A stretch of DNA of 64,000 bases from Vulcanimicrobiota bacterium (GTDB taxonomy: Bacteria; Vulcanimicrobiota; Vulcanimicrobiia; Vulcanimicrobiales; Vulcanimicrobiaceae): the NCBI GenBank assembly GCA_963795855.1, contig CAWCIZ010000003.1, positions 224,001 through 288,000 of the forward strand, written 5' to 3'. The translations under genes and the position numbers were made by a program. Each line of letters begins with the position of its first letter. The stretch's first letter is position 1. Positions 1 through 11,152 of this stretch are shown here, one piece after another. The notes beneath the pieces are model-generated. The model worked only from the letters and a program-made list of their open reading frames with translations, ran no database searches and was not told the DNA's origin.

Positions 1-416
1 CCGGGACGCTTTCGGGTAATCCACTGGCAATGGCGGCGGGCATTGCGACATTGCGAGCGATACAGAGCGACGCGACGCTGTACGATCGTTTGGAAGTGCT
101 CTCGAAACTGCTGTGCGACGGATTGCACGAGGTCTTCGTCAAGCACGGCGTGCCGCATTTCAGCACCTACGCGGGCTCGATGCTGTGCACGTTCTTCTGC
201 GAAGGTCCGGTGTACGACCTGGAAACCGCAATGAAGAGCGACACCGCGCTGTACGGCCGCTTTTTCCACGCGATGCTCGACCGCGGAGTCTACCTTGCGC
301 CGTCGCAATTCGAGACCGCGTTCGTGTCGTGCGCGCACGGCACGCGCGAGATCGAACGCACCATTGCAGCCGCGGACGACGCATTGCGCGAAGCAATCGA
401 GCCCGTCGCGCGCTGA
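1..416 (+). CDS. hemL: glutamate-1-semialdehyde 2,1-aminomutase, 3' part (starts before the window)
   Basis: Frame reads GTLSGNPLAMAAG...RGVYLAPSQFE, typical of the HemL C-terminus; heme gene context. Confidence 0.92.
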   Translation, partial: GTLSGNPLAMAAGIATLRAIQSDATLYDRLEVLSKLLCDGLHEVFVKHGVPHFSTYAGSMLCTFFCEGPVYDLETAMKSDTALYGRFFHAMLDRGVYLAPSQFETAFVSCAHGTREIERTIAAADDALREAIEPVAR

Positions 417-1102
417 TGCTGAACCCGCTCGAACGCGCTGATTCCGCGCCGGTTCGTTTCGAAGTGAACGAAGTCGCGATTCCGCGTCTTTTCGCGTACC
501 ATCGCGCGCTCGCTGCCGCACTCGCATCGGGCAAAACCGTCATCACCTCGCACGGCATCGCCGGTCTGCTGGGGCACGCGCTCTCGTCGACGCAGATTCG
601 AAAAGACTTGTCGGCGCTGGGTCCGCTCGGCCGCCGCGGCCAAGGCTATGCGATAAAACCGCTTGTGGACCAGCTCGCGCTGGTACTAGGATTGGAGCGC
701 GACTGGAGAATCGCAATCGTCGGTTTCGGCTACTTGGGTCATGCGTTTGCGACGTTCATCGCGGCACGCGAGGAGCGCTTCAAAGTGGCCGCGATCTTCG
801 ACCAGTCTCCGACCGTTATTGGACAAGTGTGGCAAGATACGGCCGTGCGCGACATAAGAGAATTGGAAGACGTGCTTTCCACGGTTGACTGCAACATCGG
901 CGTCATCGCCGTGCCGGCAGACGCGGCGCAGCCCGTCGCCGAGCGCCTGGCTGCCAGCGGCGTGCGAGCGCTGCTGAACTTTGCACCAGCCTCGTTGCGC
1001 CTGCGCGAGCCCGTCATCGTGCGCAACATCGACCTTGCGGGCGAACTGTCCATCCTGACGCATCGGCTTACGTTCGATGAAGCGGCGCAGGCGGGGGTAT
1101 AG
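416..1102 (+). CDS. rex: redox-sensing transcriptional repressor Rex
   Basis: RLxxY, QIRKDLS, GxRGxGY winged helix plus Rossmann IVGFGYLG and LLNFAP; ATG overlaps the hemL TGA. Confidence 0.9.
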   Translation: MLNPLERADSAPVRFEVNEVAIPRLFAYHRALAAALASGKTVITSHGIAGLLGHALSSTQIRKDLSALGPLGRRGQGYAIKPLVDQLALVLGLERDWRIAIVGFGYLGHAFATFIAAREERFKVAAIFDQSPTVIGQVWQDTAVRDIRELEDVLSTVDCNIGVIAVPADAAQPVAERLAASGVRALLNFAPASLRLREPVIVRNIDLAGELSILTHRLTFDEAAQAGV

Positions 1103-1110
1103 GGTGTAGA

Positions 1111-2443
1111 GTGCCGCTGGTTTGTCTTGGGCTCTCCCACCATACCGCGCCCGTAGAAGTGCGCGAGCATCACGCGTTTCCTGCCGCGCGCATGGAAGCC
1201 GCGCTCGTCGCCTTGCGCGATTACGAGGCAGTGCGTGAAGCCGCGATGCTGCAAACGTGCGGACGTCTGGAGATCTACGCCGACGTAGCGGACTACGAGG
1301 CCGGCGTCGCGCAGATCAAGTCGTTTCTGCTGAACTTCCGCCACGGCATGACCGCGTACGACATCGAGTCGTATCTGTACACGCTGCTGGGGCGGCAAGC
1401 GGTCGAACATCTTCTTCGCGTGAGCACGGGCCTGGATTCGATGCTGATCGGCGAAGCCGAAATTCTCGGTCAAGTCAAAGATGCGTTCATCGCCGCGCAG
1501 CAGGCCCGCTCTCTCGGGAAGACGCTGCACCGCCTCTTCCGCGAAGCGATGAGCGCCGGAAAGGCGGCGCGAACGCAAACGCGCATCGGCGAGGATTCGA
1601 CGTCGATCGCGACGGCTGCGATCGCGATGGCGAAGAACGAATTCGGCACGCTCAAGGATCGAAACGTGGTGATCGTCGGAGCGGGAAAGATGGCGCGAAC
1701 CGCTGCGAAGCGGTTGCGGGCGGAAGGCGCGCACGATCTCGTCGTCACGAATCGCACCGTCAAACACGCATCCGACATCGTCAAAGAGATCGGCTTTGGT
1801 CACGCGGTCGAATTGCCGGGCTTGCTCGATGCGCTCACCTCCGCCGATATCGTGCTGACCTCCACGGTTGCATCCCACTTCGTGCTGACGCCGGAAACGG
1901 TCCAAACCGCTATGGCGCGCCGTCCGGGCCATCGCATGTTCATCGTCGACATCGCGGTTCCGCGCGACGTGCACCCCGATGTCGCCCACGTCGACGGCGT
2001 GACGCTCGTCGACATCGACGGGCTCAAGTCGCGAGTCGAGGAAACGCTCGAAGCGCGGCGCGAAGCGATACCGCAAGTCGAGGAGATCGTCGGCGAGTAT
2101 CTCGAGCGTTTCGGACAGTGGTATCATTCGCGCGTCGCCGTGCCGGTCATCGCATCGCTGACGCAAAAAGCGGAAGCGATTCGCGACGGCGGAATTGGAG
2201 CGGCTGTTCCTCCGCTGCCCGGCTCTCAGCGAACGCGAAAAGATGCTGGTGACCGGCATGTCGATGACGATCATTTCCAAACTGCTGCACACGGTCGTCA
2301 CGAAGATCCGCGACAAGGCGGTGAGCAATCATTCCGAAGCGCTCGCGCACGTGCGCCTGCTCGACGAACTCTTCGAGTTGAACGTCGCCGACGAGTTGGC
2401 CAAAACGCGCCCGTCCATTCCCGCCGTGGACGTCGAGGAATAA
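1111..2443 (+). CDS. hemA: glutamyl-tRNA reductase; apparent +1 frameshift near 2188
   Basis: GLSHHTAPVEVRE, TCGRLEIY, GLDSMLIGEAEILGQ, GAGKMA, DIAVPRD; C-terminal dimerisation region (ELERLF...KLLH) continues in the next frame to TAA at 2443. Confidence 0.9.
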
Positions 2444-3219
2444 CCGGTACGCGCACGCTTTCGGGCAAACGCGTTCTCGTCACACGTCCCGCCGGTCAAA
2501 GCGCCGAATTCGCGGAAATGCTCCGCGGCGCAGGTGCAGAACCGGTGTTCGCGCCGACTGTCGAACTCGTACCACCCGAGGACCGCGCTGCAGCGGAACA
2601 AGCGGTGAACGCTGCATCGCGCTATTCGTGGGTCGTGTTCACCAGCGCGAACGGCGTGCGCGCGTTCTTCGACATTCTGGAAACGCGCCGAGAGGACGCG
2701 CGTATTTTCGGCGGCGCGCGAATCGCCGCCATCGGCATAAAAACCTCGCAGGCGCTGCTTGCGAAACGCGTGTACGCGGATCTCGTCCCACAATCGTACG
2801 TCGCGGAAGATTTGGCGGGAGCGCTGATCGCGGCGAGCAAACCCGGCGACAAAATGCTGATCTATCGCGCGGAGGAAGCGCGCGACGTTCTGCCGATGCG
2901 CCTGCGTGAAGCGGGCCGCGAAACGGACGTGGTGGCCGCTTACAAAACGATTTTCGTCGAAGATCCCGATTTCGCGCGCAAAGTTTCGCAATGCGACGTC
3001 CTGACCTTCACGAGCGCGAGCACCGTGCGCGGCTTCGTCCACAATCTGCACGGTCCCGCGGCCGCCGCGCACGCCGCGCACGGAAAGACCGTCGCGTGCA
3101 TCGGGCCGATCACGGCGGAGGAGGCGCGCAAGAACGGCTTGGACGTTGCCGTCACCGCAGCCGAATTCACCGCAGAAGGTTTGATGGACGCGCTCGACCG
3201 GGCAGTGCCAACGGCGTAG
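2440..3219 (+). CDS. hemD: uroporphyrinogen-III synthase; start codon uncertain (ATA at 2440)
   Basis: GKRVLVTRP, FTSANGV, AIGIKT, FTSASTV, CIGPIT motifs. Confidence 0.88.
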   Translation: MTGTRTLSGKRVLVTRPAGQSAEFAEMLRGAGAEPVFAPTVELVPPEDRAAAEQAVNAASRYSWVVFTSANGVRAFFDILETRREDARIFGGARIAAIGIKTSQALLAKRVYADLVPQSYVAEDLAGALIAASKPGDKMLIYRAEEARDVLPMRLREAGRETDVVAAYKTIFVEDPDFARKVSQCDVLTFTSASTVRGFVHNLHGPAAAAHAAHGKTVACIGPITAEEARKNGLDVAVTAAEFTAEGLMDALDRAVPTA

Positions 3220-3998
3220 TGACGCAGGCGTTCGCCGGCGTAGTCTTCTCAGCGGTCGTTGCGCTTGCGGCGTGGCGCCTGCGCGCGCTCACCGCAAGCG
3301 GCGCGCTTGCGGCGTGGATCGTCGGCGCGTGCGTCTTCGCATCCGGAGGTTGGGCGTACGCGGCGATACTGTTCGCGTTTTTTCTGCCGTCGACGCTTCT
3401 CTCGCGGCTGGGGCGCGCGCGAAAGCGCACGTTGATCGACATCGGGAAACACGGCGCGCGCGATGCGGGGCAAGTCGTCGCGAACGGCGGCGTTGCGGCG
3501 CTTTGCGCGGTTCTTGCGGCAACGGCGCACGCCAAACCGATTGCCGCGGCATTCGCCGGCGCGTTCGCCGCAGCTTCGGCGGATACATGGGGTACGGAAC
3601 TCGGCACGCTCGCCCGCATGCCGCCGCGTTCCATCTTGACGATGCGAAGGCTCGCCCCGGGGATCTCGGGCGGCATCACGCCGGCCGGAACGCTCGCGGA
3701 AGCCGCGGGAGCGTGCGTTGTAGCGCTTACGGCGTGGGCGCTCGGCGCCGGCATTTGGTGGCCGATTGCGGTGGGCGGTTTCGTGGGCGCGCTTGCGGAT
3801 TCGCTGCTCGGTGCGAGCGCGCAAGCGCTGCGCTACTGCCCGAGATGCGAACGCGACTGTGAGATCGATCCGCACGTGTGCGGTGCTCGCACCAGGCTGC
3901 GGCGAGGCGCAGCCTGGATGACGAACGATGCGGTCAACGCCTGCGCGACGGCGATAGGTGCCGTTACCGCGGGATGGATCGCAATCGCGATGCGCTAA
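3219..3998 (+). CDS. DUF92/TMEM19-family integral membrane protein
   Basis: Hydrophobic; QVVANGG, ADTWGTELG, SGGITPAGT, DSLLGA, NDAVN motifs. Confidence 0.8.
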   Translation: MTQAFAGVVFSAVVALAAWRLRALTASGALAAWIVGACVFASGGWAYAAILFAFFLPSTLLSRLGRARKRTLIDIGKHGARDAGQVVANGGVAALCAVLAATAHAKPIAAAFAGAFAAASADTWGTELGTLARMPPRSILTMRRLAPGISGGITPAGTLAEAAGACVVALTAWALGAGIWWPIAVGGFVGALADSLLGASAQALRYCPRCERDCEIDPHVCGARTRLRRGAAWMTNDAVNACATAIGAVTAGWIAIAMR

Positions 3999-4255
3999 GG
4001 CGTTCTGGCTTTTCCGTACGTCTTTTCCAGATATGCGACGATGGCGTCGTCATCGTCGGCGATCGTGACGTCCCCGTCGACCATGACCGGAATTCCGGTT
4101 TGGCCGGAGATTTCTTTAACGTTGGTGCGCTCCGAATGGCTGCGAGGCACGTTGACGCATTTGTAGTCCAGCAGCAACTCCGTGAGAGCCTGCCGCACGT
4201 GAGCGCAGTACGGGCACCACTCGGCTTGGTAAAGGACGATCTTCGTGTCTCGCAA
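3995..4255 (-). CDS. glutaredoxin-like protein
   Basis: CPYC active site and cis-Pro motif GIPV. Confidence 0.85.
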   Translation of the reverse strand: MRDTKIVLYQAEWCPYCAHVRQALTELLLDYKCVNVPRSHSERTNVKEISGQTGIPVMVDGDVTIADDDDAIVAYLEKTYGKARTP

Positions 4256-4333
4256 GTTTCTTCTCCTGATTGCGGTTTAGGGGGGCGCGTCACGGGCGCC
4301 GTGGTAGTCTCGTTGTGCAGGAAGAAGCGGACG

Positions 4334-5086
4334 ATGGCTGAGCGGACATGGGACGGTAACCGGCTGTTGTGGCGGGCGCTCGCAGCGTCGCTGGGACTGC
4401 ACATGCTTCTGGCGCTGTTCCTTCCCGTATGGACGGCGCAGGTCTCGGGAGGGTTGCAGCCCGTTGAAGCGGTGTCGTTCGCCCACGTGGCTCGCGTGCA
4501 GATCCAGCGCCCTTCTGCTAAGTCGTTGCCCGCAGCGGTGCCGCGCACGTTGCGTCGCGCACGCAGCGTCTCTTTTGCGCGAAGCAAAGCCGAGCTGACG
4601 GCTCGGTCCCGCAAACCCATCGCGCGTCCTACCGCGGAGAATGGCCCGACTGGGAGCCTGGCCGCCGCACCCAAACTCGTCAGCGCGCGAAATGCGCCGC
4701 TGTACGCTCGCCCGGCCGCCCCGGCCGAAGTTGCCGCTCAGCAGGCGCCTCCGGCGCCCTCGCCGCAGCCCGCGGCTAGTCAAGCCGATCGGGCGGTGAG
4801 CGGGGCCGGCACCAGCGATCGCGGCGGCGTCCTTCCGCTCGGCGCGGCGCAAGATCCGGTTCTGGATCCGAGCGTGCGAGCGCAAGCTGAAAAGCGCTTT
4901 GCCGTGCACGTAACGCTCATCGTTACCGTCGGTGAAGACGGGCACACGAAGAGCGTCGCGTTCCAACCCCCGATCGACGCGGACACCGAGCACGCGATCG
5001 AAGCACTGCTCGCGGATGCGAATTGGGACGCCGCCGTATGCGGCGGCGGCGTGAGCTGCGAAGGCACGGCCACGATCAAACTGTAG
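4334..5086 (+). CDS. membrane-anchored Pro/Ala-rich protein, TonB-like energy transducer
   Basis: N-terminal TM with SLGLH (TonB SxxxH-like), Pro-rich linker, C-terminal alpha/beta domain. Confidence 0.55.
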   Translation: MAERTWDGNRLLWRALAASLGLHMLLALFLPVWTAQVSGGLQPVEAVSFAHVARVQIQRPSAKSLPAAVPRTLRRARSVSFARSKAELTARSRKPIARPTAENGPTGSLAAAPKLVSARNAPLYARPAAPAEVAAQQAPPAPSPQPAASQADRAVSGAGTSDRGGVLPLGAAQDPVLDPSVRAQAEKRFAVHVTLIVTVGEDGHTKSVAFQPPIDADTEHAIEALLADANWDAAVCGGGVSCEGTATIKL

Positions 5087-5095
5087 CCGCTTCGG

Positions 5096-5988
5096 CTACA
5101 AAATCGATTTACCGAGCCCGGAGCAAATCAATCCGACGGCGAGCGTTCCGGTTTGATTGCGCGTGTCCAGAATCGGATTGATTTCAACCATTTCGATGGA
5201 TCCGAGTTGACCCGACTCCGCGAGCATTTCCATCGCCAAGTGCGCTTCGCGAAAACTCAAGCCGCCTTTTACCGGCGTTCCCGTTCCCGGCGCTTCGCTC
5301 GGATCGATGCCGTCCATGTCGAATGACATGTGAATCGCATGCCCTTCCGCGCCGGCGATGCTTATCGCGTGCTCCATGACATGCGTCATGCCCAAACGAT
5401 CGACGTCGCTCATCGTGAACGCCGCAACGCCCGACGCGCGCAAATGCGCCTTCTCCGACGGATCGATGTCACGCAAACCGATTTGCACGGTGCGCTTCGG
5501 ATCCGCGTATCCCCTCTGCAGCGCGAACCAGAGCGGCATGCCGTGCACGTTGCCGGAGGGCGAGTGTCGGGACTATTGATGTCGCTGTGCGCATCGACCC
5601 AAACAAGCCCGGCCGCTTCTCCTCGCGCTCGTTTGAGCCCCGCGAGGGTCCCCATCGCGATGGAATGATCGCCGCCGAGCACGATGGGAAAGCCTTGGCT
5701 GTTGACGATGTGTTCGACTTCGGTTGCAAGCTGCTCGCAGACCTGATCGATGATGTCGAAATACTTCGCGTGCTGATCGCCTTGGCTGAATTCCTCACGC
5801 TGCGGTACCTGCAGGTTGCCGTGATCGTAAATCTCGGGCACGTTCAAGCGCTGCAAACGGTCGTTCAGGCGGGCGTAGCGGACGGCGTACGGCCCCATGT
5901 CCACGCCGCGCCGGCTGGCGCCGAGGTCCATCGGTACGCCGATGATGTCGACGCGCTGGATTTGTCGTGGAGAAGCGGCTGTGCTCAC
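5096..5988 (-). CDS. rocF: arginase; apparent 1-base deletion near 5563
   Basis: [23 protein letters not shown], (SPSGN)[25 protein letters not shown]. Confidence 0.9.
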
Positions 5989-7644
5989 GGTGCCGCAGGC
6001 TTCTTCAGCGCTGTCTCGCGGGTCCTTGGTGAGCACCGGTTTGGCTTCGTCGCGGCTTACGGAGCCCGGAATCACGTGCAGCAGGAGCACCCGGATGATC
6101 CCCGCCACGGGCACCGCGATGAACATGCCGATGACGCCGTACAGTTCGCCGCCGATGAGAATGGCCACGACGACCGCGGAGGGACTGAGCTGGATCGTGC
6201 GGCTGACGATGTTGGGGGCGATGATGTGCCCTTCGGCTTGATTCGCGACCACGAACACGATGAGCACTTTGAGCGCGAGCGGGAATCCGCCCGCGATGAA
6301 CGCGATGACGAGCGCGGGAATCGCGGCAATCACCGGCCCGATGTACGGAATGAGATCGAGCGCGCCCGCGATCGCGCCGATCAGAATCGCGTACGGCTCG
6401 CCGATGAGAGTCAACCCGATCGCGATGAGTGTTCCGACCGACAAACCGACGAGCAGCTGACCGCGAATGAAGCCGCCGATGACTTTCTCGAGCTCGCCGA
6501 GGAGCGTCAGCGTTCCCTCGCGCCGGCGCGCGGGGATGAATCCCATGAAGAAGCGCTTGATGGTTTCCGAATCGTAGAGCAGGTAGGCTCCGAGGACGGG
6601 TATTGCGACGCACGCGCCGATGAATGCAGCCGTTCCGATCACGACCATCACCGCATTGCCCGCTGCCGCCGTGCCGTGCGAGTGCAGCCACGTCACGATC
6701 TGTCGCGGCGCGGACGCCAGTTGATCGCGCACGAACTTCGGCGCGTGCTTGAGCAGCTCGTTGTTCGGATTCTGAACCCACGCGACGATCTTGCTTTGAA
6801 TCGACGGCCAGTCGCGCACGAGCGTCGTGATTTCGTTCGTCACTGCCGGGATGAGATAGATCAAACCAAAGACGATGAGTCCCGCGATGACCGCATAGAC
6901 GAGCAGAATCGAGACGATGAGGGGGAGTCTTCCGTTGAGCCACTTCACGATCGGATAGACGAGATACGCGAAGAAAATCGCGCCGATGATGATGAGAAAG
7001 ATGATGCCGATGCGTTCCACGAAGCGGATCAACGTCTCGAAGATCAAAAACACGAGCACGATCGAAAACAGAATCTTCCAGGTGTAATCCAGCGTGCTTG
7101 GCGTGAACCACGTGTACGGTTCTTCTTCCGCGCCGCGCGCCGCGTCGTTTCTGACGCTTTCGTGCTGCGCGTCGACTTCCAACCCGATCAGCGAACCGCG
7201 TGCCGGCCAGCGGTAACGTATCCAGTGCACCAGCAAACCGTATGCAAACCGGATGATGCCGCGTATGGCTTGCAGCGGTCCGCCGTAATACCCGTCGTCG
7301 AGATCGATGAGGAAGAGAAACGTTCGGCGCCGCGGCAGATGCTCGCTCCAGCGCCGCGCCAATTGCATGCCGTCGGCGCAGCATTCTTCGAGCAGTTGCA
7401 CGACGCGCTCGTCATCGTTCCCGGACTCACGGACGATGCGCGTGAAGTCCTTATACGAAATGCCGAGGGCGCGCAGCAAACTGCGATCCATGGGGCTTTG
7501 CCCATAGAGATAATCTCCCAGGGACCCTTTCATGGCGGCGCGCGCCTTGTCGATCATGCGCGGCAGCCAGCGGACTCCCCCAAGTTCCTCCGACCAACGG
7601 CGCGGGGGCGCGGTGCGAAGGTCGAGGGCTTGCAGCTCTGGCAC
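5985..7644 (-). CDS. AI-2E family transporter with N-terminal DUF5069-like domain; true stop probably TGA at 5985-5987 after an extra base near 5998
   Basis: C-terminal AI-2E hallmarks (FIRGQL, IPYIGP, EGHIIAP, IGMFIAVP); N-terminal LPRMIDKARA...GDY...PMD resembles DUF5069. Confidence 0.8.
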
Positions 7645-7700
7645 GTCGACTTCTTACCCCGGCGAAGGCTTCCCTGACCGCCGTTTCGTACAGTTGGCCG

Positions 7701-8723
7701 ATGAGCTGCAGCGCGGCGGTTAGACTGCTCGCCGCGGCCGCTTGCGCACTCGCGCTCGCCGGCTGCGTTCGTTCTCATCCCCACCCGCGCCCGGGACAGC
7801 TCACGCTCGCAATGGTTACGGACGTGGGCGGGCTGGGCGACAAGTCGTTCAACGACTCCGCCTATCGCGGACTGCTTCGCTCGCAAAGCGGTCTGTCCGC
7901 GTACATCAAGGTGCTGCAATCCAAATCCGCGGCGGATTATCAGCCGAACTTGACCGTGCTCAGCGAAGCGCGGTTCGGCATGATCTACGCCATCGGTTTC
8001 CTGATGAGCGACGATCTCGGTCAGGTTGCCAAACAGTTTCCCGAGCAGCAATACGCGATCATCGACGCGGTCGTTCCCGACCCGAACGTCGTGTCGGTAA
8101 CGTTCAAAGAAGAAGACGGATCGTTTCTCGCGGGCGCGCTCGCCGCAATGGTGAGCAAAACGCACCACGTCGCGTTCATCGGCGGTCAGGACATTCCGCT
8201 CATCCGCAAATTCGAAGCGGGCTTTGTGGCAGGCGTTCGCGAGATCGATCCTTCCGCGCGAGTCGACGTGAAGTACGCCGGTTCGTTCGACGACGTGCCG
8301 GCCGGCAAAGAGCTGGCGAATCTGCTGTTCAACGACGGTGCGGACATCATTTATACCGCGGCCGGCAAGGTCGGCCTGGGCGCGATCGACGCGGCGCGCT
8401 CGCGACCGGCGGGTTATTACATCATCGGCGTCGACAACGACCAGGATGCGCTCGCGCCTGGAAAAATCTTGACGTCGATGGTGAAACACGTCGACGTCGC
8501 GGTCTACGACATCGCCAAGGGCATACAGGACCGCCAGCCGCTGCACGGACACGTCGTCCTCGGCTTGAAAGACGGCGGCATATCGCTGACGGATTTCCGC
8601 TACACGCGTACGGCGGTCACGCGAAGCGACATGGAGCGTTTGAAAACCCTGCAGAATGCAATCGTAGCGGGGCGCATTACCGTACCCAATACCCGCGAGG
8701 CGCTGGCGACGTGGAAGCCTTAA
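7701..8723 (+). CDS. BMP-family ABC transporter substrate-binding lipoprotein (nucleoside type)
   Basis: Lipobox LAGC; GGLGDKSFN, FLAGALAA, IGVDNDQ, ILTSMVK. Confidence 0.9.
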   Translation: MSCSAAVRLLAAAACALALAGCVRSHPHPRPGQLTLAMVTDVGGLGDKSFNDSAYRGLLRSQSGLSAYIKVLQSKSAADYQPNLTVLSEARFGMIYAIGFLMSDDLGQVAKQFPEQQYAIIDAVVPDPNVVSVTFKEEDGSFLAGALAAMVSKTHHVAFIGGQDIPLIRKFEAGFVAGVREIDPSARVDVKYAGSFDDVPAGKELANLLFNDGADIIYTAAGKVGLGAIDAARSRPAGYYIIGVDNDQDALAPGKILTSMVKHVDVAVYDIAKGIQDRQPLHGHVVLGLKDGGISLTDFRYTRTAVTRSDMERLKTLQNAIVAGRITVPNTREALATWKP

Positions 8724-10130
8724 CGCTGCGCGGTATCGTGAAAACGTTTCCGGGCGTGCGTGCGGTGGACGGCGTCGATCTCGACCTCGCTGCCGGGGAA
8801 ATTCATGCGCTCGTCGGTGAGAACGGCGCGGGGAAGTCCACGCTTGCGAACATTGCGTTCGGCGCGCTTCGGCCCGACGAAGGGACCGTCACGGCAGCGG
8901 GAACCGTCGGACTCGTGCATCAGCATTTCGAACTGGTCGGGCGATTGTCGGTCTGGGAAAACGTGCTGCTGGGACGCGAACCGCGACGCGGCTGGCGCAT
9001 CGACGCGCGCGCGGCCCGGAACCGCGTGCAGGAGTTGGCGGTTCGCAACGGGCTGGACGTCGATCCGGAAGCGTTGGTCGACGAGTTGCCGGTCGGCGTG
9101 CAGCAGCGCGTCGAACTGCTGCGCGAACTGGAACGCGAGCCGGCCGTGCTGCTCCTGGACGAGCCGACTGCCGCACTTGCGCCGGTGGAGATCGACGAGT
9201 TTTTCAAAACGATCGGCGCGCTCGCCGAGCGCGGCACCGCGATTCTCATCGTCACGCATAAATTGCAGGAAGTGATCGCATACAGCAAACGGGTGAGCGT
9301 CATGCGGCACGGTAAGATCGTCGGGCACTTCGACACGGCATCGACGAGCGTCGCGGAAATTGCGCGCGCGATGGTAGGTGGAGAGTTGCCGAACGTCGCG
9401 CAACGCGAACGCGTGGAACGGCGCGCCTGCTTTCGCATGGAAGGCGTGAGCTCCGGAAAAGGCAGCACCGCAATCCGCAACATTTCGTTCGACGTGCGCG
9501 CCGGTGAAATCGTCGGCATAGCGGGGGTGGAAGGCAACGGACAAACCACGCTGGCCGATGCCATCGCCGGCATGATTCCGTACGCCGGAAAAATCGCACT
9601 CGGCGATGGAAGTGCTCGCATCGGAATAATTCCGCAGGATCGCCGCCGAGAAGCGCTCGTCCCCAAATGGTCGATCGTCGACAACGCGATTCTGGGCCGC
9701 CAGCGCGCAGCCGGCACGCGGCGAGGAATGCTCATCGACCGGCAGTCCGCGCGTAGTGATGCGCAGGCTATCGTAAAAGGCTTCGACGTGCGCGCCGCGT
9801 CGCTCGACGTTCCCGTCGACACGCTCTCCGGCGGCAATCAGCAAAAGCTCGTCGTGGGACGCGCCCTCCTGAACGATCCGCAATTCGTGCTGGCGTATCA
9901 ACCGACGCGCGGCATCGACGTCGGCGCTGCGGCGCTCGTGCAGTCGCGCCTCATCGAAGCGCGCAACGCCGGCACCGCGGTTCTGCTGATTTCGTTCGAA
10001 CTCGACGAGATTTTGGCGCTCGCCGATCGCGTGCTCGTGCTCTATCGCGGAGCAAATCGCAGGCTCGTTCGAAGGCGCAGAAATCGACCGCGGAGTCATC
10101 GGACGCTTGATGGCGGGTTCCGCGGCGTGA
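8711..10130 (+). CDS. nucleoside/sugar ABC transporter ATP-binding protein (two ABC domains); extra base near 10052
   Basis: GENGAGKST, LLLDEPT, GVEGNGQ, LSGGNQQK, QPTRGIDVGA; corrected end GQIAGSF...GRLMAGSAA-stop. Confidence 0.88.
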
Positions 10131-11152
10131 ACGCGTTGCGGCGCACGCTGGGCGGACCCGTCGGCGCGATACTGCTCGCGTTTTTCCTTGCCGCGTGCGC
10201 CATGCTGATCGCCGGCGTCAGTCCGGCGGACGGATTCGAAGCGCTCTTCATCGGTTCGCTCGGCGGCAAACAGCAGATCGCGGAAACGTTGGTGCAAACG
10301 ACCGCGCTGCTGTTCCCCGCACTCGGCATTTCGCTCGCGTTTCGCGCCGGTCTGTTCAATATCGGTGCCGAGGGACAACTCCTGATCGGCGGACTTGCCG
10401 CCGGCGCCGTCGGCGCGCATTTTCTTGCGCCCACGCCCGCGGCAATCGTCGTGCTGCTTGCGTGCGGATTCGTCGGGGGCGGCATTTGGGGCGGCATCGC
10501 CGGCTGGCTGCGCGCGCAATTCAACGCAAACGAAATCATCTCGACGCTCATGCTCAACTTCATCGCGCTCGCGCTCGCGAACTATTTGGTATCCGGCCCG
10601 CTAAAGAGCCCAGCTGCGGTGGGCGCGGAAACTGCGCCGCTGCCGGCAGCGTCGTGGCTGCCGCTGCTCATTCCCGATACGCGCTTGTCAATCGGGCTTG
10701 TCGTTGCGATTCTCACCGCGATCGTTTTGCGTTTGGTGTTTTCGCGCACGGTGTTCGGATACGAATTGCGCGCCGCGGGCGAAGCACCGGAAGCTGCGCG
10801 CCGCAACGGCGTCAACATGCCGCGTATGACGTGGCTTGCACTCACGTTCTCCGGCGCGATCGCGGGGCTCGGCGGCGCCACGCTCGTGACGGGCGTTCTT
10901 CACCGCTTCAACACGCAACTCTCGCCGGGTTACGGCTACACCGCAATCGCCGTCGCGCTGGTCGGCGATTTGAATCCGTTGTGGGTTTGCGTTGCGGCAT
11001 TCGGTTTCGGCATCTTGGAATCGGGAGGGCTTGCAATGCAGGCGCTCGCGGACGTTCCCAAAGATGCGATCCACGTCATCGAGGGCCTGATCATTCTCGT
11101 GCTCGCGGCGCGGCGATACATCGCGACGCGCGCGGAGGCCGCGCCGATATGA
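10127..11152 (+). CDS. nucleoside ABC transporter permease 1
   Basis: FRAGLFNIGAEGQ, NEIISTLMLN, GYELRA; GTG overlaps upstream TGA. Confidence 0.88.
   Translation: MNALRRTLGGPVGAILLAFFLAACAMLIAGVSPADGFEALFIGSLGGKQQIAETLVQTTALLFPALGISLAFRAGLFNIGAEGQLLIGGLAAGAVGAHFLAPTPAAIVVLLACGFVGGGIWGGIAGWLRAQFNANEIISTLMLNFIALALANYLVSGPLKSPAAVGAETAPLPAASWLPLLIPDTRLSIGLVVAILTAIVLRLVFSRTVFGYELRAAGEAPEAARRNGVNMPRMTWLALTFSGAIAGLGGATLVTGVLHRFNTQLSPGYGYTAIAVALVGDLNPLWVCVAAFGFGILESGGLAMQALADVPKDAIHVIEGLIILVLAARRYIATRAEAAPI

Noticed and set aside
1111..3219. 702 aa HemA-HemD fusion ORF
   Set aside because: The join is out-of-frame sequence after an extra base near 2188; the real HemA C-terminus is in another frame with its own stop at 2443
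5410..7644. AI-2E transporter-arginase fusion
   Set aside because: Removing one base in AG[G]CT near 5998 gives EEAAAP-stop overlapping the arginase GTG, a normal GTGA coupling
5587..7677. Long antisense or alternate-frame ORFs (this one and many others in the track)
   Set aside because: Arg/Ala-rich shadows of real genes, as expected in high-GC DNA; no domain motifs
7742..11152. 1136 aa ABC ATPase-permease fusion
   Set aside because: Caused by an extra base near 10052; the corrected ATPase ends at 10130, overlapping the permease GTG
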